Of a stretch of 64,000 bases of DNA, positions 49,919 through 64,000 are shown in pieces; positions within the stretch are counted from its first letter, which is position 1, and each line of letters starts with the position of its first letter. The stretch spans positions 189,968,001 to 190,032,000 of the forward strand of contig JBITNC010000001.1 in NCBI GenBank assembly GCA_050084985.1, read 5' to 3'. The notes beneath the pieces are model-generated. The model ran no database searches. It saw only the letters and a program-made list of their open reading frames with translations, and was not told the origin of the DNA. The translations under genes and the position numbers were made by a program. The stretch is from Nageia nagi (Eukaryota > Plantae > Pinophyta).

Positions 49919-52900
49919 TGTAGACACCTAAATTTGATTTTTAATTTATTTAAAAATTCCATTTTAGGTATCTAAATGGAATTAATTAACTATGCTAAAT
50001 TCAAGAAATTTCATTAATTTGTGGAAATATGGATTAATGTGTTTCCTTTTTTCTAGGTTAGCAAAGTTAAATCACTTCTTTTTTTCACCTCGCATTATTT
50101 CACATTCATAACATATACATTTTTCACACACACATTCTCATACATTTGTTGCATTATATCATCTTCCATACAATCTAGATTTTATATATATATATATTCA
50201 TGGCCGAAAGGAGTATAGTGGAAAGAATAGAGTGAAGTCAAGTCTTGTTTAACCCAGACAACTCAATTTCAAGATTAGGTTTTTAAGAAGGGTGGTCATC
50301 AAGTCAAGTTTCATTTGAAGAAAAAATGGTAAGATCCCAACACATGTGAAAATTAATTTAAATTCCATTTCCAAGTATTTAGCTAAAAAATGCAATTATA
50401 AGGAAACTAGACTAGGTAAAAAATAATGAGTGATAGCATTTAATGAAAACATTAGTCAAGTAAAAAGAAAATAAGGTTTAGGCTTTGGTAGTCAACCAAA
50501 GGAGGAGGCCAAAGAAGAAGAGTTTCCTATTTTGTGCTTTTCAAATTTAGTGCATGGTTGAGATCAAAATTAGAATGACTTGAAGAAAATAGGAAATAAG
50601 TAATAGTTAATGTATTTAACAATGATGACTACTCTCTTAAGTTCATGAGAGCTAAAATAGAGTTTCCAAATTCAAGCCCAAAGAGATCAATTGGTCACAT
50701 TTTTCATCTTTATGAATATTTTGATGAAGAAATAAGTGAAAAGATTAACCAAGAAGATGAACATATAATAGTTTTGTATCTACCACACTACCTTTCTCCA
50801 TATTTCTATTTATAATAAGATTAGTAGGATATGTTAGACAGTGAGCTAAATAAATGATTTAGGATTAGGAATACTACCTACCCCATCGCAACTCTAAGAT
50901 GAAATCACTATGATAAATGAAGAATTATGGAGGTTAATATTAGGAATTAAGAAAATACAAATATGATCAAAATAAGAGCTTGGTTATCTCTATAGATATT
51001 TAAACTTAATCTTATAAAATAATTTATATTAAATATATATCCCCTGCTTGCATGAGCTTTGCTTTCATGGGCAGGAGGTGAAGGAAACCCTAACACATTT
51101 GTTACAGGAGTTGAAGACCTATGATCGGGAGATTAAATGATGAATTTGTTATTATCTAAAGTTATGAGTGTCTAATGGGAGAGGGTTTTCTATAAACTTG
51201 AAGGTATTAGGGCTGGTTGGTAGTAGTTATAGGCACAATTGGGACATATATAAAGACTTAAATCTCTTTTGTAGACGAGTAAGCCTATTTGTTGAGTGAG
51301 AGTAGCAAAAATGAAAAGGGGAGAGATGGCAAGAACCATGAAAGAGCCATATAGTTCCATATTACATATTTGGACCTAAGCTTTATGCAAAGATGGATGA
51401 GAGGTAATCCAATGATGGAAAAAATATGCTTTTTATGGTTCTTTTGGTGTTGCATGGAAGGCATTGATAATAGACCTATGTACCTCAAGATGAAATGCTA
51501 AAGGGAACACACTTTCGAAGACAAGCTTAATGAGGAAAACTATAGTTTTTTCCATCTCATATTTACTATATTATCTATTTTTATTTCTATAACATGATGA
51601 GGAAGTGCAACTAAGAAGGATTTGTAAAATAAGTCCTAAAAAAATATTTGGGAGGGAGATTTAGAGTTATAAGGTGTGATTTTTTGAAGGAGAATTGTAG
51701 AGGTTTAAAGAGATCCTTTTTTCCCTATTAAAACTTTTAGAAGGGCATCTTTACAAGATAAAGAGTGATGGTAATAGTGAATGGAAGATAAATTTTGAAT
51801 TTAGATTATGAATAACAGAGAAAAATATATAACTATTTATATGTATTTTGGTATCACTTAGGGTTTTATCCTAAATGAACTAAATACATATCAACAATTA
51901 TTGTATTATTTATCTAAGCTAATTTACTCAAATAAACATACATGAATAAGGGAATATAATAATGAGTAATAGAATAACTAAATTACATTGATATCAAGAT
52001 GTAAAACAAGCTACATGCACTAAAGAGAAAGGAATCGAGTGAAAGATAAATAGTTGTGTATCCTTACCTGTGTTGAGGTTGAGGATATGATGGATAAACT
52101 TATCGAAGAGTAATGACCTTATTGTGCAAACCCCAAGGCCAATTACAGAAGAAATACCAACATAGGTGCTAATCTCTAAGAGCTCAATACGAGCACAAAC
52201 ACTAGCACAGGCACAAATGTTCTTAAAGAATAAGGCTCGCTAATAAGGATTGATGATAATAGATATTATGATAAGTCAAATCGAGCATATGATCGTGGAA
52301 ATGGATGAAAAATATTCACTTGAGTGATAACAAGATTTTAGTCTCAATAGATAGTATTTAGAAACACCCCTGGTTATTTAGATGTAATCTTGACATGCTT
52401 TCCCTAGGTTAGAAATACTTACATTTATACCAAGCGTGATATCACCATTTGATCCCTTGAATATTGGTTGAAGTCATCCTGATGTACCTAACATAAAACA
52501 TAAGAACACAACTTGAGAAATATGTGATAATAGGGGTAAAATATGACTAAATATGATAAAATGTGTGTGTAGAGTTGCACCTAAGTGGAACTATGTTAAA
52601 GGGACCACTTTTAGGTGTTAAAAAATGCCCTCCTTTGTAAGTATAATGAAATTGAATCTTGAAATAACATTATGGTTGCAAAGGAAGTAAAGGTAAAGAG
52701 AAGAAAAATTTGACACTTCCTTGGTTTAACTATCTGAATCATCAAGGATTTGATGATGTATATTGCCCCTTATTTGCCTTGGTTGTGAGATGTAATAGCT
52801 TGCATGTAGTAGAATCAACCAAGAGCAAAAAATGAAACCTGAAAAATGAGAGGCACATACTTCCACGAACATATGTGTTTATTAACTTATAAAAGATATA

Positions 52901-53069
52901 AAAGTTATAGTAAGAGTAACATCATAACATTTCATCATAAATGATATAGCAGTAATGGAGCAAAGATAAAATTAATATAATATGTGTACATAATCTTGAG
53001 AACACTAAATAGAGAAATACTAAATGTTTCATTCTTAGATGCATACATAAGGGATCATGATTAAGGTGT

Positions 53070-53450
53070 GTCCACATCATCATGGGGTACATGCCCCATT
53101 CCTAAATGGAGCATATGCAATCAAAATAGTATATGACAACATCGATGATCATCATGAGGTACATGCCCAATTCCTAGATGCAACATATGAATCATAAAGA
53201 ACTACATGGTGATAGTTAGTTGAGACTCAACTGACAAAGGTGACTCAAAGACATGGTTGGTTTGAATATTTTCCAACTATGTTATGTGATATGTCATTCA
53301 TCGTTATGAGGTACATGCCCCATTCTTAGATATTGACATGATATGTTGTCATCATCATGAGGTACAAGCCCCATTCATAGATGTGATTCAAGAGTGATAG
53401 TTATCAACCAACAAAGGTGACTCAGCAATGATTGGTTTGAATATTTCCCA
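53070..53450. repeat. Repeated motif CATCATGAGGTACATGCCCCATTCCTAGATG (4 copies) in the retroelement 3' region
   Basis: Copies at ~53078, 53150, 53300, 53353, plus a duplicated CAAAGGTGACTCA..TTGAATATTT block. Confidence 0.75.
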
Positions 53451-54748
53451 ATCATGCATATGATTGAATGCAAAGTGAATACAAGGATAAAAATATTCCC
53501 TGTAACTTACCCACTATGTTGATGTGTTGTGATTTGGTCCTAATTTATGCCTTTGCAACCCAACATCTGCGTTGGCTTCAATATTGGTACTAGAAAATAT
53601 GAACTAGATGCTTGTACTATTGAAATTGCAATGTATATCATGATATATGAATATAAAAAAATATATTTTCACATGATAATTACTAATAAAGTGCTTGATT
53701 ATGTGATGAATAGGTTAGACCCAAGAATAAATATGTAGGGAACACATCATTCTTCAATTAGATGTTCATTCATTTCTACAAAAACTCCATTCTCTAATAT
53801 GTATTAGTATTATATTAATTTTTAGACCACATTACGTTGGAGGATTCATGATTTCCAAGGTAAGAATGTGAATGCTAAGGAATGATAGCATGCATGCTAG
53901 TGGCCAGCATGGGCACTAACGTTAGCACGAAAGTTAAGGTCCTTAGCGAATTTGATCATCAAACGTTTAAGTAATGAACTCATATGTTATGGTGAGATGG
54001 AATTTCATAGTTTGGTAAGGCTAGAGGAATGAGGTGGCTATTAATTATCACCTACCACATTAATTATGTCCTAATTAGATTTTAAATAGTCCTAAATTAT
54101 ATTTGTTTATCATAGTCACTATTTGAAATCTGAGCTCTCGATCGAGGAGGAGTGTGGTGATCCTAGTGAGGTGATTGTGAGTGCTTTGGATGATCAAAAT
54201 TGCAAGGTGAGTGCTTTTGTATGTGAATAGGAGTGTATTGGGTTAGTTATAGTATTTTTGCCAATGTTTCTGATCTAATTTTGGTTTCCAAGATGAAGAT
54301 TATGGAGTAGGACAACCATAAGGCATATCTTCTTTAATACAATAGGGTTCTGACACATATGGTAGGCATCTATGACTATATTTGTATTTTTATTTTGTAA
54401 AATTTGCAAGTTTATGGTAGAAAATAGACAAATCATATGATACCTAGGGCTAGGGTTTTATACTTGTATGAATTTATGTTTAGAGGTAGTAGCTAGGCAT
54501 AAAAACATGATTTTATGGGATAGAGGGGGTAAGAGAAATTTTCCCCCAAGTTTTGAAAACATTTATCATAGAAAGCCTAGCATGGGTACTAATGTTAGTA
54601 TGGGAACGAGTTTCAGGGTAGGGAAATGACTATCTAGTTGTGGTTATTGTTTATGTGTACTAAAACTAACAAAATAAAGTTTTTACATTATATTTTAAAT
54701 GAATTTGTAAAAATGACTAATGCGTACCTTGTTGGTTTTTTATTGCAG

Positions 54749-56550
54749 TTTCATCAATTCTTTATAGAGCTCGATCCCATGTCCCAAAGTTAGAAGAGGT
54801 GTACAAAGTGGAAGGATAAGCTCATTGATTATGAGGTTTGTGTGCTTAGACATGTTGGCATGGGGTGGCTTCTTCATGCTCCATATGTTTGAGTGGATAA
54901 GGAGCTTCTCATAGTCCTAATGGAGAGATGGTATGAGAGTACCAACACCTTTCACCTTCCTACTAGGGAGATCACCATTATACCAAAGGATATACATAGG
55001 ATTCTATAGGTGCTCATGAAGGGGCACCCCATATTATTTTTGGAGGGGATGAGAGATTCATATTGCAAGTTGTCTACAAAGTGGCTTACTCATTTAGAGG
55101 AGTACCATGAAAGCAAAGGGTGCCTTCCTTCATCATTCCTTTAAAGGCAATATGAAGATATTCAGGCAAGTTCGATTGATTATGGTGGAATGCATAGATA
55201 GCATTATCCATATAAATAAAAATCATGAGGTTTTCCCACTTGATTTGATATGAGTAGTGTATGAGATAACCCAAGGTCATTAGTACACATGGGCTCGTTA
55301 TATCATAGCCCAGATTTATCATGATTTGCATAGCTTTATCATGGTGCAAAAGAGTGGTAAGAAGGTAGTACATTCATTTATCCTTTAGTGTTATGCATAT
55401 GAGCATATTGTAATGGTTTAGCCTAGAGAGCTTCATGTGCATGATACAGATCTTGATCATCCTATGTGGTATTGATGGGCGAATATGGGGAAGATCACAT
55501 GAGTCCACCGGACTACAAAGGCATACTGAAAGTTCATTGATGGCTTGATGGGTGGTAAATATCTAACCATACATAATGTAATTTTTATTTTAGTTTATTA
55601 GTTAAGGAAGAAAACTAACATATGATTTTGGTTTTTGTAGGAGATGTTATTTATAGATCATATACAAGGTTACTTTATTGGCCAAATGAGCCAAGGGGTG
55701 GGTTGGATTAGTAGAGGACATCATGTTATCATTAGATATGAAAGACATTTGTAGATCCCTATAGACTTGAGAGGGTTAGGAGGTAATTTGACAAGAAACA
55801 AGGCATTCCTTAAAAATGCAAGTTTATTATACGAATAGGGAGGTATAGGGCACACGACCCTAACCTATTTGATACACCTCCCAAGTGGGAAGAGGAGTGG
55901 AATCCTCCCTAGGACCATGGTTTGGGGAGTTATTCAAATAATAAGAAATATGACACACCTGATGGGCCTCTTTTTAACTAGGCTTATTTGACATGGTGGG
56001 TTGGAGCTAGACTAGATCCATTTGGTTTGTATGGGTTGGAGAACTTAGAAGAGGTGATCGCGGGTGAGGATGATGAAGAAGATGAGGAAGATAGGGATGA
56101 GGAAGAAGAAGATGAATAGGATGTGTAGATGGAGGAGTCACAACAACAGGAGGAGTAGGTTGGATGATATGTACCCATTGGCATTCCCATCATGAATACC
56201 TAATAGCAACTTGAGAATGAACTTAATAAATATGGTGGCAAAAAGAAAACATGTTGAGGATGCACTAGCTAGCCTAAAGGAGGATACTATTGGAGCATAG
56301 TATGAAGATGCTATGGGAGATGCATGAGGATGCATAGGATAATAACTTATTAAGGATGATAGACCATATGCTAGAGCATAATAAGAAGATTGAGGTCCTG
56401 ACCAATGAGAAGGGTCACCTATAGGCTCAACTTGTAGCACTAGAGGAGAAGACTAGACTGAAGAGGCCTAGCTTGAGTAGGATGACATCTAGGTATAAGA
56501 GTTTTAAGAGTGCTAGAAGTCATTATGGTACCACTAGCAGTGTTAGCATA
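54749..56550 (+). pseudogene. Plant Mobile Domain (PMD, aminotransferase-like) gene, antisense to the host retroelement, with intron(s)
   Basis: LMERWYESTNTFHLPTREITIIPKDIHRIL, YTWARYIIAQIYHDL, AYEH, DVIYRSY and Y.LERVRR match successive PMD motifs; intron 55555-55640 (GTAAAT..TTTTGTAG); acidic tail 56060-56160. Confidence 0.85.
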
Positions 56551-57559
56551 GGGAAATGATGTAGACTTAGTTGTATGGATGGATGTATTTTGAAAAGATA
56601 ATGTAACAATCTATTTTTGACTAATATAATCAAGATATGTTATTATGAATGCTTAAATGTTTTATGAAATGTTTATGATTAAATCGTTTAAGACTTTATT
56701 TTGTTTTAATTTTTAAAGTGTTAATACATTGCATGGTTAATGGTTACTTAGGAAATGTGATGGATGATTTATGAATATAATAGCTTAAATATTTCGTTAA
56801 GTGACTTAGATATATAAAAGCAAGTAAATGGAACCCAATGCAAGCATTGACGTTTTCAAGGAATTATGGCATGTGGGTTTGATTTAATGGGTCTTAGAAA
56901 AAAATAAAGATGCAAATTCATATTTTGGAAAACTAAAGGCGAGGTATGGTTAGGCCTGAAGTTTGGGAACATTAAGGTAAAAATGAATCTAAATGATAAT
57001 AATGGGTTTAAGTGTAAATATTAATTACTAGCATGGGTGATAAGGAACCAAAAAGTTTCAGCTGTTTGAGAAAAATGGAAAGGAACCTAGCACAGATGCT
57101 AGTGTGATAGATAAGGAATGGTTCTAGCTTTAGCCTCTTCAGCACCAGTTGGTAAAAGTGTTAGATGTTCATGAGCAAAAAATGATCAAAGGGAACCTAG
57201 CGAAGGTTTTCTAGGTAAATTACAATAAGACATGGCAAGGTATAGAATATGGTCCTAAATATGATATGGATGACCTCAAAGAATTATTGGCTTCCTAAGA
57301 TTTGACAGGAAGGCCAATGCGCACACTGAGATCAACATCCACATGAAGTTACAAAGGGATATGGGGGATTGATTCCTAGCATTTAATAGATGCCCCTAGT
57401 GTGGTTAAGATGAAAGATAAGTGGATTACATCATAGTGCGAATGCAGGGTTGTAATGGGAATTTGATCATAAAACCAAAATAAGGATATATAAAATACTA
57501 CATACGTATCAAAAAACTATAAATGAAAGAACAAGAATAGTAATATGTACCTTTTCACC

Positions 57560-58890
57560 ACATTGGGGGAAGATTACTCACAAAGTTGATGCTTGTATTT
57601 AATGATTTAGCTTTGAAAAAAATTAGAAATGGGTTGTTGAAGATGCCCATGCTCTTGTTCTTCTCATGTTGAGGACCTCTCAATTGCTTTGGTTTATCAT
57701 CTAATTTAGGTTCTAAGAAAGACACCTTCTTTTGATCAATTAGGTATATAATCTTATTGATCAATATCACACAATATTTTGTCACACTCTATTGGTGATA
57801 TTCATAGAACTGATCTAATTTGTATTCTTTTGGAACTCCTACTATAAAGGATGGTTGAACTGTAGGCTTAGGTGGTGGAACTAATAATTTTCTCTTGAAT
57901 GGGTGTGAATTTCCACCTAGAGAATTTTTGACATTCTATGTAGACTAATTTCTCTTCTTTGTCCACTTTTTGAATTGCATTTGCTACTACCATTTGTTGT
58001 TGTATTGATTCCACTTTGGTTACTCTTTGAGCTTCTTGGGGTTGTTCCATTTTGTATCAATGTTTAGGTTGTGAGGGTGAACTATCCCTTTTTTTTTTTC
58101 TTTGATTCAAGTTTCCATTATCCATATTTGATATTGAATATTTCCTTTTCCAACAATGCTTGTAAAAATTCATCAAGAGGTAGTTTATGATAGTCAAAAT
58201 ATTCTACTACATATTTTGGTTGAAGTGCCTCAAGGAAGGCCATTATTTTCATGTCACCATCTGCACAAACTTAATTAGCCTTTTAGTCCAAAATTTGATA
58301 AACTTCTCAATAGATTGACCTTTTATTTTCTCTATCTTCATCAATTCATTGAATGTAACCTTTTTTGCAATGTGGATTTGATAATGATCACAAAATACAC
58401 TCTTCAATCGTGTAAAACTAGTAAGGCTAGCATGTGGTAATTTGCTAAACCATTATGTGACCTCTACTTTTAGAGATAAAGGAAATAACTTCACATGTAA
58501 GTCCTCATCCAAGGTGACCAAGGACACTTCATTAGAAAAAATACATACATGAAGATATGGATTAATAGTACCATCAAATTTTGTGAATTTCAACTCTTTG
58601 CTAAAGAGTAAAACTGTAGATTTGATTCTCATACATAAGATATTGTTGTCTTTATTTTAATGAGGAACTAAACTTTTACACTTTGTTATTTTCCTAACTT
58701 GTTGTTGTAATCCTTCAATTCTATCTTGAGCTATCATTGGCAATGGTTTCTCCAAGGGTGATGCTAGCATGACTACTTGAATAACTTCTCTTGTATTTTC
58801 CAATGGTTGTTCTAAATGTTGACCTTCTTTAAAGGTTACCAATTATTATCTAGGCTTGAAGACTTTAAAAGCCCCTATTTTATCATTTCT
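57560..58890 (-). pseudogene. Degraded retrotransposon gag
   Basis: KFDGTINPYLH retrotrans_gag-like segment, AFLEALQP, C-terminal C..L.NKIIYLIDQ..IFNNPF; followed directly by non-coding DNA. Confidence 0.7.
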
Positions 58891-58894
58891 ATCA

Positions 58895-60079
58895 TGTAAT
58901 GTTCTAAATGAACACTTATGCCAAATCAATCAATAGGACTCAACTAGGATTTCCCAAACCCTCAACTACACATCCACGTCACAACATTGGCCCTCTAGTG
59001 CACAATCACACTCCTAAGGCTAACATCAACCCTATTAGGGTTTCAAGGATATTACACATCCAATGAATTCTCATAATGATATATATACAAGTTTACAACA
59101 TCAACAAATACCATAACATTGAAAACCAACATAAAATGGGTCTAAACCCTAACACATGCACATGAACATCAATCACACAACAAGAATGAGACATAATATT
59201 ATTCAAATCTCCTAAATTACCCTAAGGATTGTACAAGGATATATGTATATAATATCAGGCCCTGTTGGCCATATCTCACAATCGACACTCTGAATTCACA
59301 CAATTAGAACCATGGGACAGACAAATCCCCTCAGAACTTGAATCCACTCTTGCGAAGGAGCCTCCTCAAATCTTGGTAGACCATTGAAGGTAGGGATTGG
59401 CCCTTGGATGCTACTAGATGGGTTAGATGCTCCACATAATCATAGATGCTTGAGATCCCTTAGCCCAAACACCCTCTAGATGCCCCATCTAGAAAAACAC
59501 ACTCAACATTGCTAAGCTTAGGTAGTCACATAGATAAGAGATAACAATAATAATCAATCAGCTAACATCTAAATGAGCTCCCCTTAAGTATTTATAAGCT
59601 CTATCCCAATAATCCACCTCAAAGTCATCCATGAGCCTTTTATTCCAATGTTGGGCATTTGGAGGGGCTTGATGACTTAACGCATTGTTATGATGTTCCA
59701 GAATGCCAACATAGCAACATAAGGCCCAGTAATGCCAATGTGGGGTCCCAATCAACTTGAAGTCCAATGTGGGGTTCCTGGAAGCCTAGTAAGCCAAGAT
59801 TGAGTTGTGGGTCCCTCTTAGAGGTGGTGCAAACATGAAATCCATCTTAGAACATTAGGACTTGGGATTCCCACAACTAAGGATCTCCAATCCTACAACA
59901 CACTAACATGACTACTTAAGAGAGAGATGTCCTATTAGGGCTTACAAGTGGGGTCCACATGACCTAGTATGTCTCTTGTCTTAATATATAAACATAAACA
60001 TGATCAAATACAAGGGATATCTCTAAGATATCTACTTGATGATTACAAATTAGCACTATAGTACAAAAGGGATATCACA
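58895..60079. mobile_element. Solo LTR (1185 bp) inserted upstream of/in gag
   Basis: TGTAATGTTC...GGGATATCACA; perfect TSD TATCA (58890-58894 / 60080-60084). Confidence 0.82.
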
Positions 60080-63000
60080 TATCACAAATGATATTCTATA
60101 ATGTTGATGAGACAAACCACTCTTTATCATCATGAGGCATCAATATTATGGATTATTTATTACAATTTATAAATTTTGTACATTTGATGTCATTTTCTTC
60201 TTAAATCCATCTAGGAATGGGTTGCATAGCTTGAGCAAGTAGTCTATCTACTTCTTCTTCTTGATATTTTTGCTTATCTGTGCGATTACAATGGACTAGT
60301 CGCGTATTCTTAATTTGAAATATTCCTATCTTATTTTTGTAATCATTTTAAATTTTTGAAGCAAACACTTATAATATGATACCTTTATGGGTATAGTATT
60401 TTTATGCTCATCTACTAAGTGAAATTTTTTTGATTCGATCCTATTATCTTCCTCTAACCATTATGGATATGGTGTATCAACTTCTTCAAGAATTTTATTG
60501 ATCTCTTCATACTTTGTGGGATCTTCTTGCTCACACTCATCTTCAACAAAATATTTGTATCTTAATAAAAATATGGAACTTGTTCATCCTATCTATTATA
60601 TTCAACTTGTGGGATTAAACCATTATCATTATCTAATAGGATTGGATTATCACCCTTATCTTACTGGTGAAGCAAATCTTGTAATGTAGTAGGTTGATCA
60701 AGTTTCTTGCTCACATTGTTGATTAGATCAATAATATCTTATTGATTTCCTTGATCTACACCTATCATGGGAATCTCTATAGGAATAAGAACTACTACTT
60801 TTATTTGAGGCTCAACATCCATGCTAGGGTTAGCACTGATGCTAATGTGGGTGTCTATGCTAGATTCTAGAAGAATAAATGGGCATAAATTTGGCATAGG
60901 TGTAAACATATTTGTAAAGAATTCCAAATTTGTATTTTAAGGTGTGAGGTTCATGTTATTAAGAGCTATGTTCTCCTTGTACCTATTATAATTCCATAAC
61001 TTGTGTTGCTTCACCACCTCTTCATCTTCATGTGCATCAACTGCATAAGCCTTTTCCTCAACTAGTAATTCACTATGAAGCTTGATGAACTATGTTTGTT
61101 CTCCTTAGAATCCATGAATTTTTTGAATACTTTATCATCAGTCAATTAGAAAATGATCTCTTCAATTGGAGGAGGAACTTATTGATTTGGTGGAGTCTGA
61201 TATCCTGTATTATCTAAATCAACCCTTTGATTTATTATCTTAGCTAAACTATTAAAGCTATTATCAAAACTCTCTCGATATGAAACACTATTGGTGGCAT
61301 CTTTAGTTATCTACCCTTATACATTAGTAGATGGTTGTTTGCTGCAAATTCTTTCACTTCACCATTGAACCACCTTAGGTCTACCAATTTGTCTTCTTTT
61401 TGGAGTTTTATTAGCTATAGGGTTAGTATTAAGATGTGCATTTTCATTGCTAGTAACAAAAAATGTTTTAAGAAGATAATGTGTAAACAAAACCTTTAGT
61501 AGGTTTTATATTGCGATAGAATTTGTAGGTTCAAAAGCAACTTTTATTCTAACCCTAATTAAGAGAGAAAAATCCATAAATGGGTGGGTGCCAATATTTT
61601 GATATGTGTTTTGGTATCACCTATGGTTTTATCCTAAATAAACTAAATACACAAACATTTATTGTATGATTTATATAAGCTAATTTACTCAAATAAACAT
61701 ACATGAATAATAAAATATAATACTGTAGTAATAGAATAATGAAATTACATTGATGTCAAGATGTAAAATGAGCTACACACACTAAAGAGAAAGGAATCAA
61801 GTGAAAGATAAATACTTATGTATCCTTACCTATTTCAAGGTTGATGATATGATGAACAAACTTATCAAAGAGTAGTGACCTTACTATTTGAACCCCAAGG
61901 CCAACTGTAGAGGAAATACCAACATGGGTGCTAATCTCTGAGAGCTCAACATAAGCACAAACACTAGTATAAGCATGAATTTTCTTAAGGAATAAAGCTC
62001 ACAAAAAAGGATTGATGATATCAGATAATATGATAAGTTGAAGCGAGTATATGATCATAGAAATGGATGACAAATATTTGCTTGAGTGATATCAAGATTG
62101 TAGTCTCAATAGGTGGTGTTTAGAAATACCTAAGTGCAGGGTATCAGTTATCGAGATGTAATCTTGATATACTTTCCTCAAGTTAGAGATACTTACATTT
62201 ATATTAGGCATGATATCACCATTTGATCCCTTGAATATTGGTTGAAGTAATCCTAGTGTACCTAACATTAAACATAAGAATACAACCTAATAAATATATG
62301 ATAATAAGGGTAAAATATGACTAAATGTGTGTGTAAAGTTATATCTAAGTGGGACCATATTAAGGGGACCAATTTAAGATGTCAACAATAACATCCAACA
62401 CATCTATCAGGTGCTTAGAGGATTATGCTTGTTTAGAATATTATATTTTCTTTCTTCGTGAAGGAGTCTAATTTTGTCTTTGCCTTTCTTAAAGTGCCTT
62501 GTACCTTTTTTTAACCTATATATTTTTTTCTACTGTTATTTATCACCACAAGTTCTAGATTGATGATTCATCTTCTAATTTGGATATAGCATCTCATGCC
62601 AAATATTTTGATAGGTTATATGACATGGTTCTATCAAGAAACGAAGGAGATATTACACTTTGAATTCTATGTCCTGGTCCTATATTTTATAGTTGCATGT
62701 GCATAGGAATTTACCATATTCTCATATTTAATTGAATTTCTCTATGTTACATCCCTCTCATAGGGATATGACTTAGTAATTGATTATATCTAAAAGTGAG
62801 CAATGTAATTAAGAGTCATTATGTACCTTTTAATAATAATGAAATATAATGACGTATTAGTAAGATCTTGGTATAGGAGATTTATAGATCCAAGGGACCA
62901 ATTGTTAGCCCCAATGTGGGATGTCTCCCTCCTAGAGATAGTTAGGAGTATTTAATAACATTATAGATGATTATGGTAACTACAAGGAGTGATTATGTGA

Positions 63001-64000
63001 ATCTCAAGGTAAATTTATGCTCCTATGGATTAGATGCATAGTCTTGCATGATTCCTAGGTGAGATCTAGATATGAGATGAAGCTTTATAAAGGAGGAGCA
63101 CATCATTGTAAAGGATATTCAACTTATTCATTTATCTTATGCTCTTCTACCTCAGATCATGGTGTGGAGCCATCTCTTGGGCCTCTTATTAGACTAAAAC
63201 CTAACAAGAGAAGGGTTTAATGGTATGAAACCCTCACTAAATCTTGGATAAGGATAAAAATCCTTAGTCAGTTAAGTTCTAAATCTTAGATTTGGGGGTT
63301 GAAGGCCCTAATAGTGTGATGTTAGCAAATTAGGATGGTTTATGATATTGGTTTATGCTAGATCTAGCCTTGTAAGCTAGACGTCTAGCCTATTTCGGGC
63401 TCCTTGCATTGCACTTGCCCCATTTTTAATATACATTATAGCATTGGCCTTGGATATCACATTTGTTATGGTATTTATGCTTTATTATGTGACATCTAAC
63501 ATTTTGACTTGTGCTCTTGGTAATTGAGAAGATATCTTAGGTGTTTTCCATTATTTCTTTCTCATTGATAGTTTATTGGGTATTTTTAGCCATTATGTTT
63601 AGATCTAAAATTAATTATTGCTCTTGGCATAGTTCATTGTATTTATAGAATAATATTTGGCATATAAAATAATTTGGTTCATCATAGTGGTATAAATTTT
63701 TAATCCTACCATCTTGTGAAGATGGAAGATGGTAAGTCATACAAATCTACATCAAGAATGGAAAAATTGGATGCAACCATGGATTTGGTAGAGAAATTGC
63801 TCAAGGAGCTAATACAAAGAGGAGTTCATCATGAAGGGAAGGGTGATCTATTCTTAGATCTCATGCTATAGCATAAATTGAATATTGGAAGGGATAATTA
63901 CCGCATGAGAAATCTGCTAGGGCACCCACCACCCTTGTGTCCACTTCCACCACCATGGCCACATTTGTAGGTGAGATAGCCTCCTTGGGTGGAAACCTTG

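Larger units (their letters stand above)
51834..62387 (-). mobile_element. Non-autonomous Tat/Ogre-like LTR retrotransposon (gag + antisense PMD gene, no pol)
   Basis: ~790-bp LTRs 51834-52623 and 61597-62387; TSD ATAAC; PBS (-) TGGCACCCACC at ~61583-61593 (Tat-type TGGCGCCCAC-like); PPT (-) AAAGGAGGGCA next to 52624. Confidence 0.88.
49919..63436 (+). mobile_element. Probable long (Ogre-like) LTR, interrupted by element 51834-62387; internal region continues past the window end
   Basis: Starts TGTAGACACC; putative end ..CCCCATTTTTAATATACA near 63436; gag-like sequence follows from ~63720; right boundary uncertain. Confidence 0.4.

Overview
AT-rich plant nuclear DNA. Very long introns packed with LTR elements suggest a gymnosperm-type genome (inference only). 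The single recognisable host gene is a minus-strand, plastid-targeted non-catalytic Clp subunit, ClpR2. Eight exons were reconstructed with consistent splice phases (48449 to 19782); the expected last exon was not found in the window. Intron 2 (~25 kb) holds a chromovirus Gypsy, with a Copia inserted in its primer-binding site and a hAT-like MITE inside that Copia. It also holds an ORF1-only LINE, solo LTRs and a hAT transposase relic. The region left of exon 8 (probable intron 8, >19 kb) holds a ~0.67 kb truncated LINE expanded to 12 kb by three LTR-type inserts. The most unusual structure is a pair of related, nested TGTTG...CAACA units with 5-bp TSDs (8617-18625 and 11269-14627). They look like giant solo LTRs, yet each carries its own array of palindromic motifs followed by a splice acceptor and a non-gag/pol ORF (~1150 codons, degraded; 172 codons, intact). 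Upstream of ClpR2 is a pol-less Tat/Ogre-like element carrying gag and an antisense, intron-containing Plant Mobile Domain gene. All calls come from reading the sequence by eye; no searches were run.
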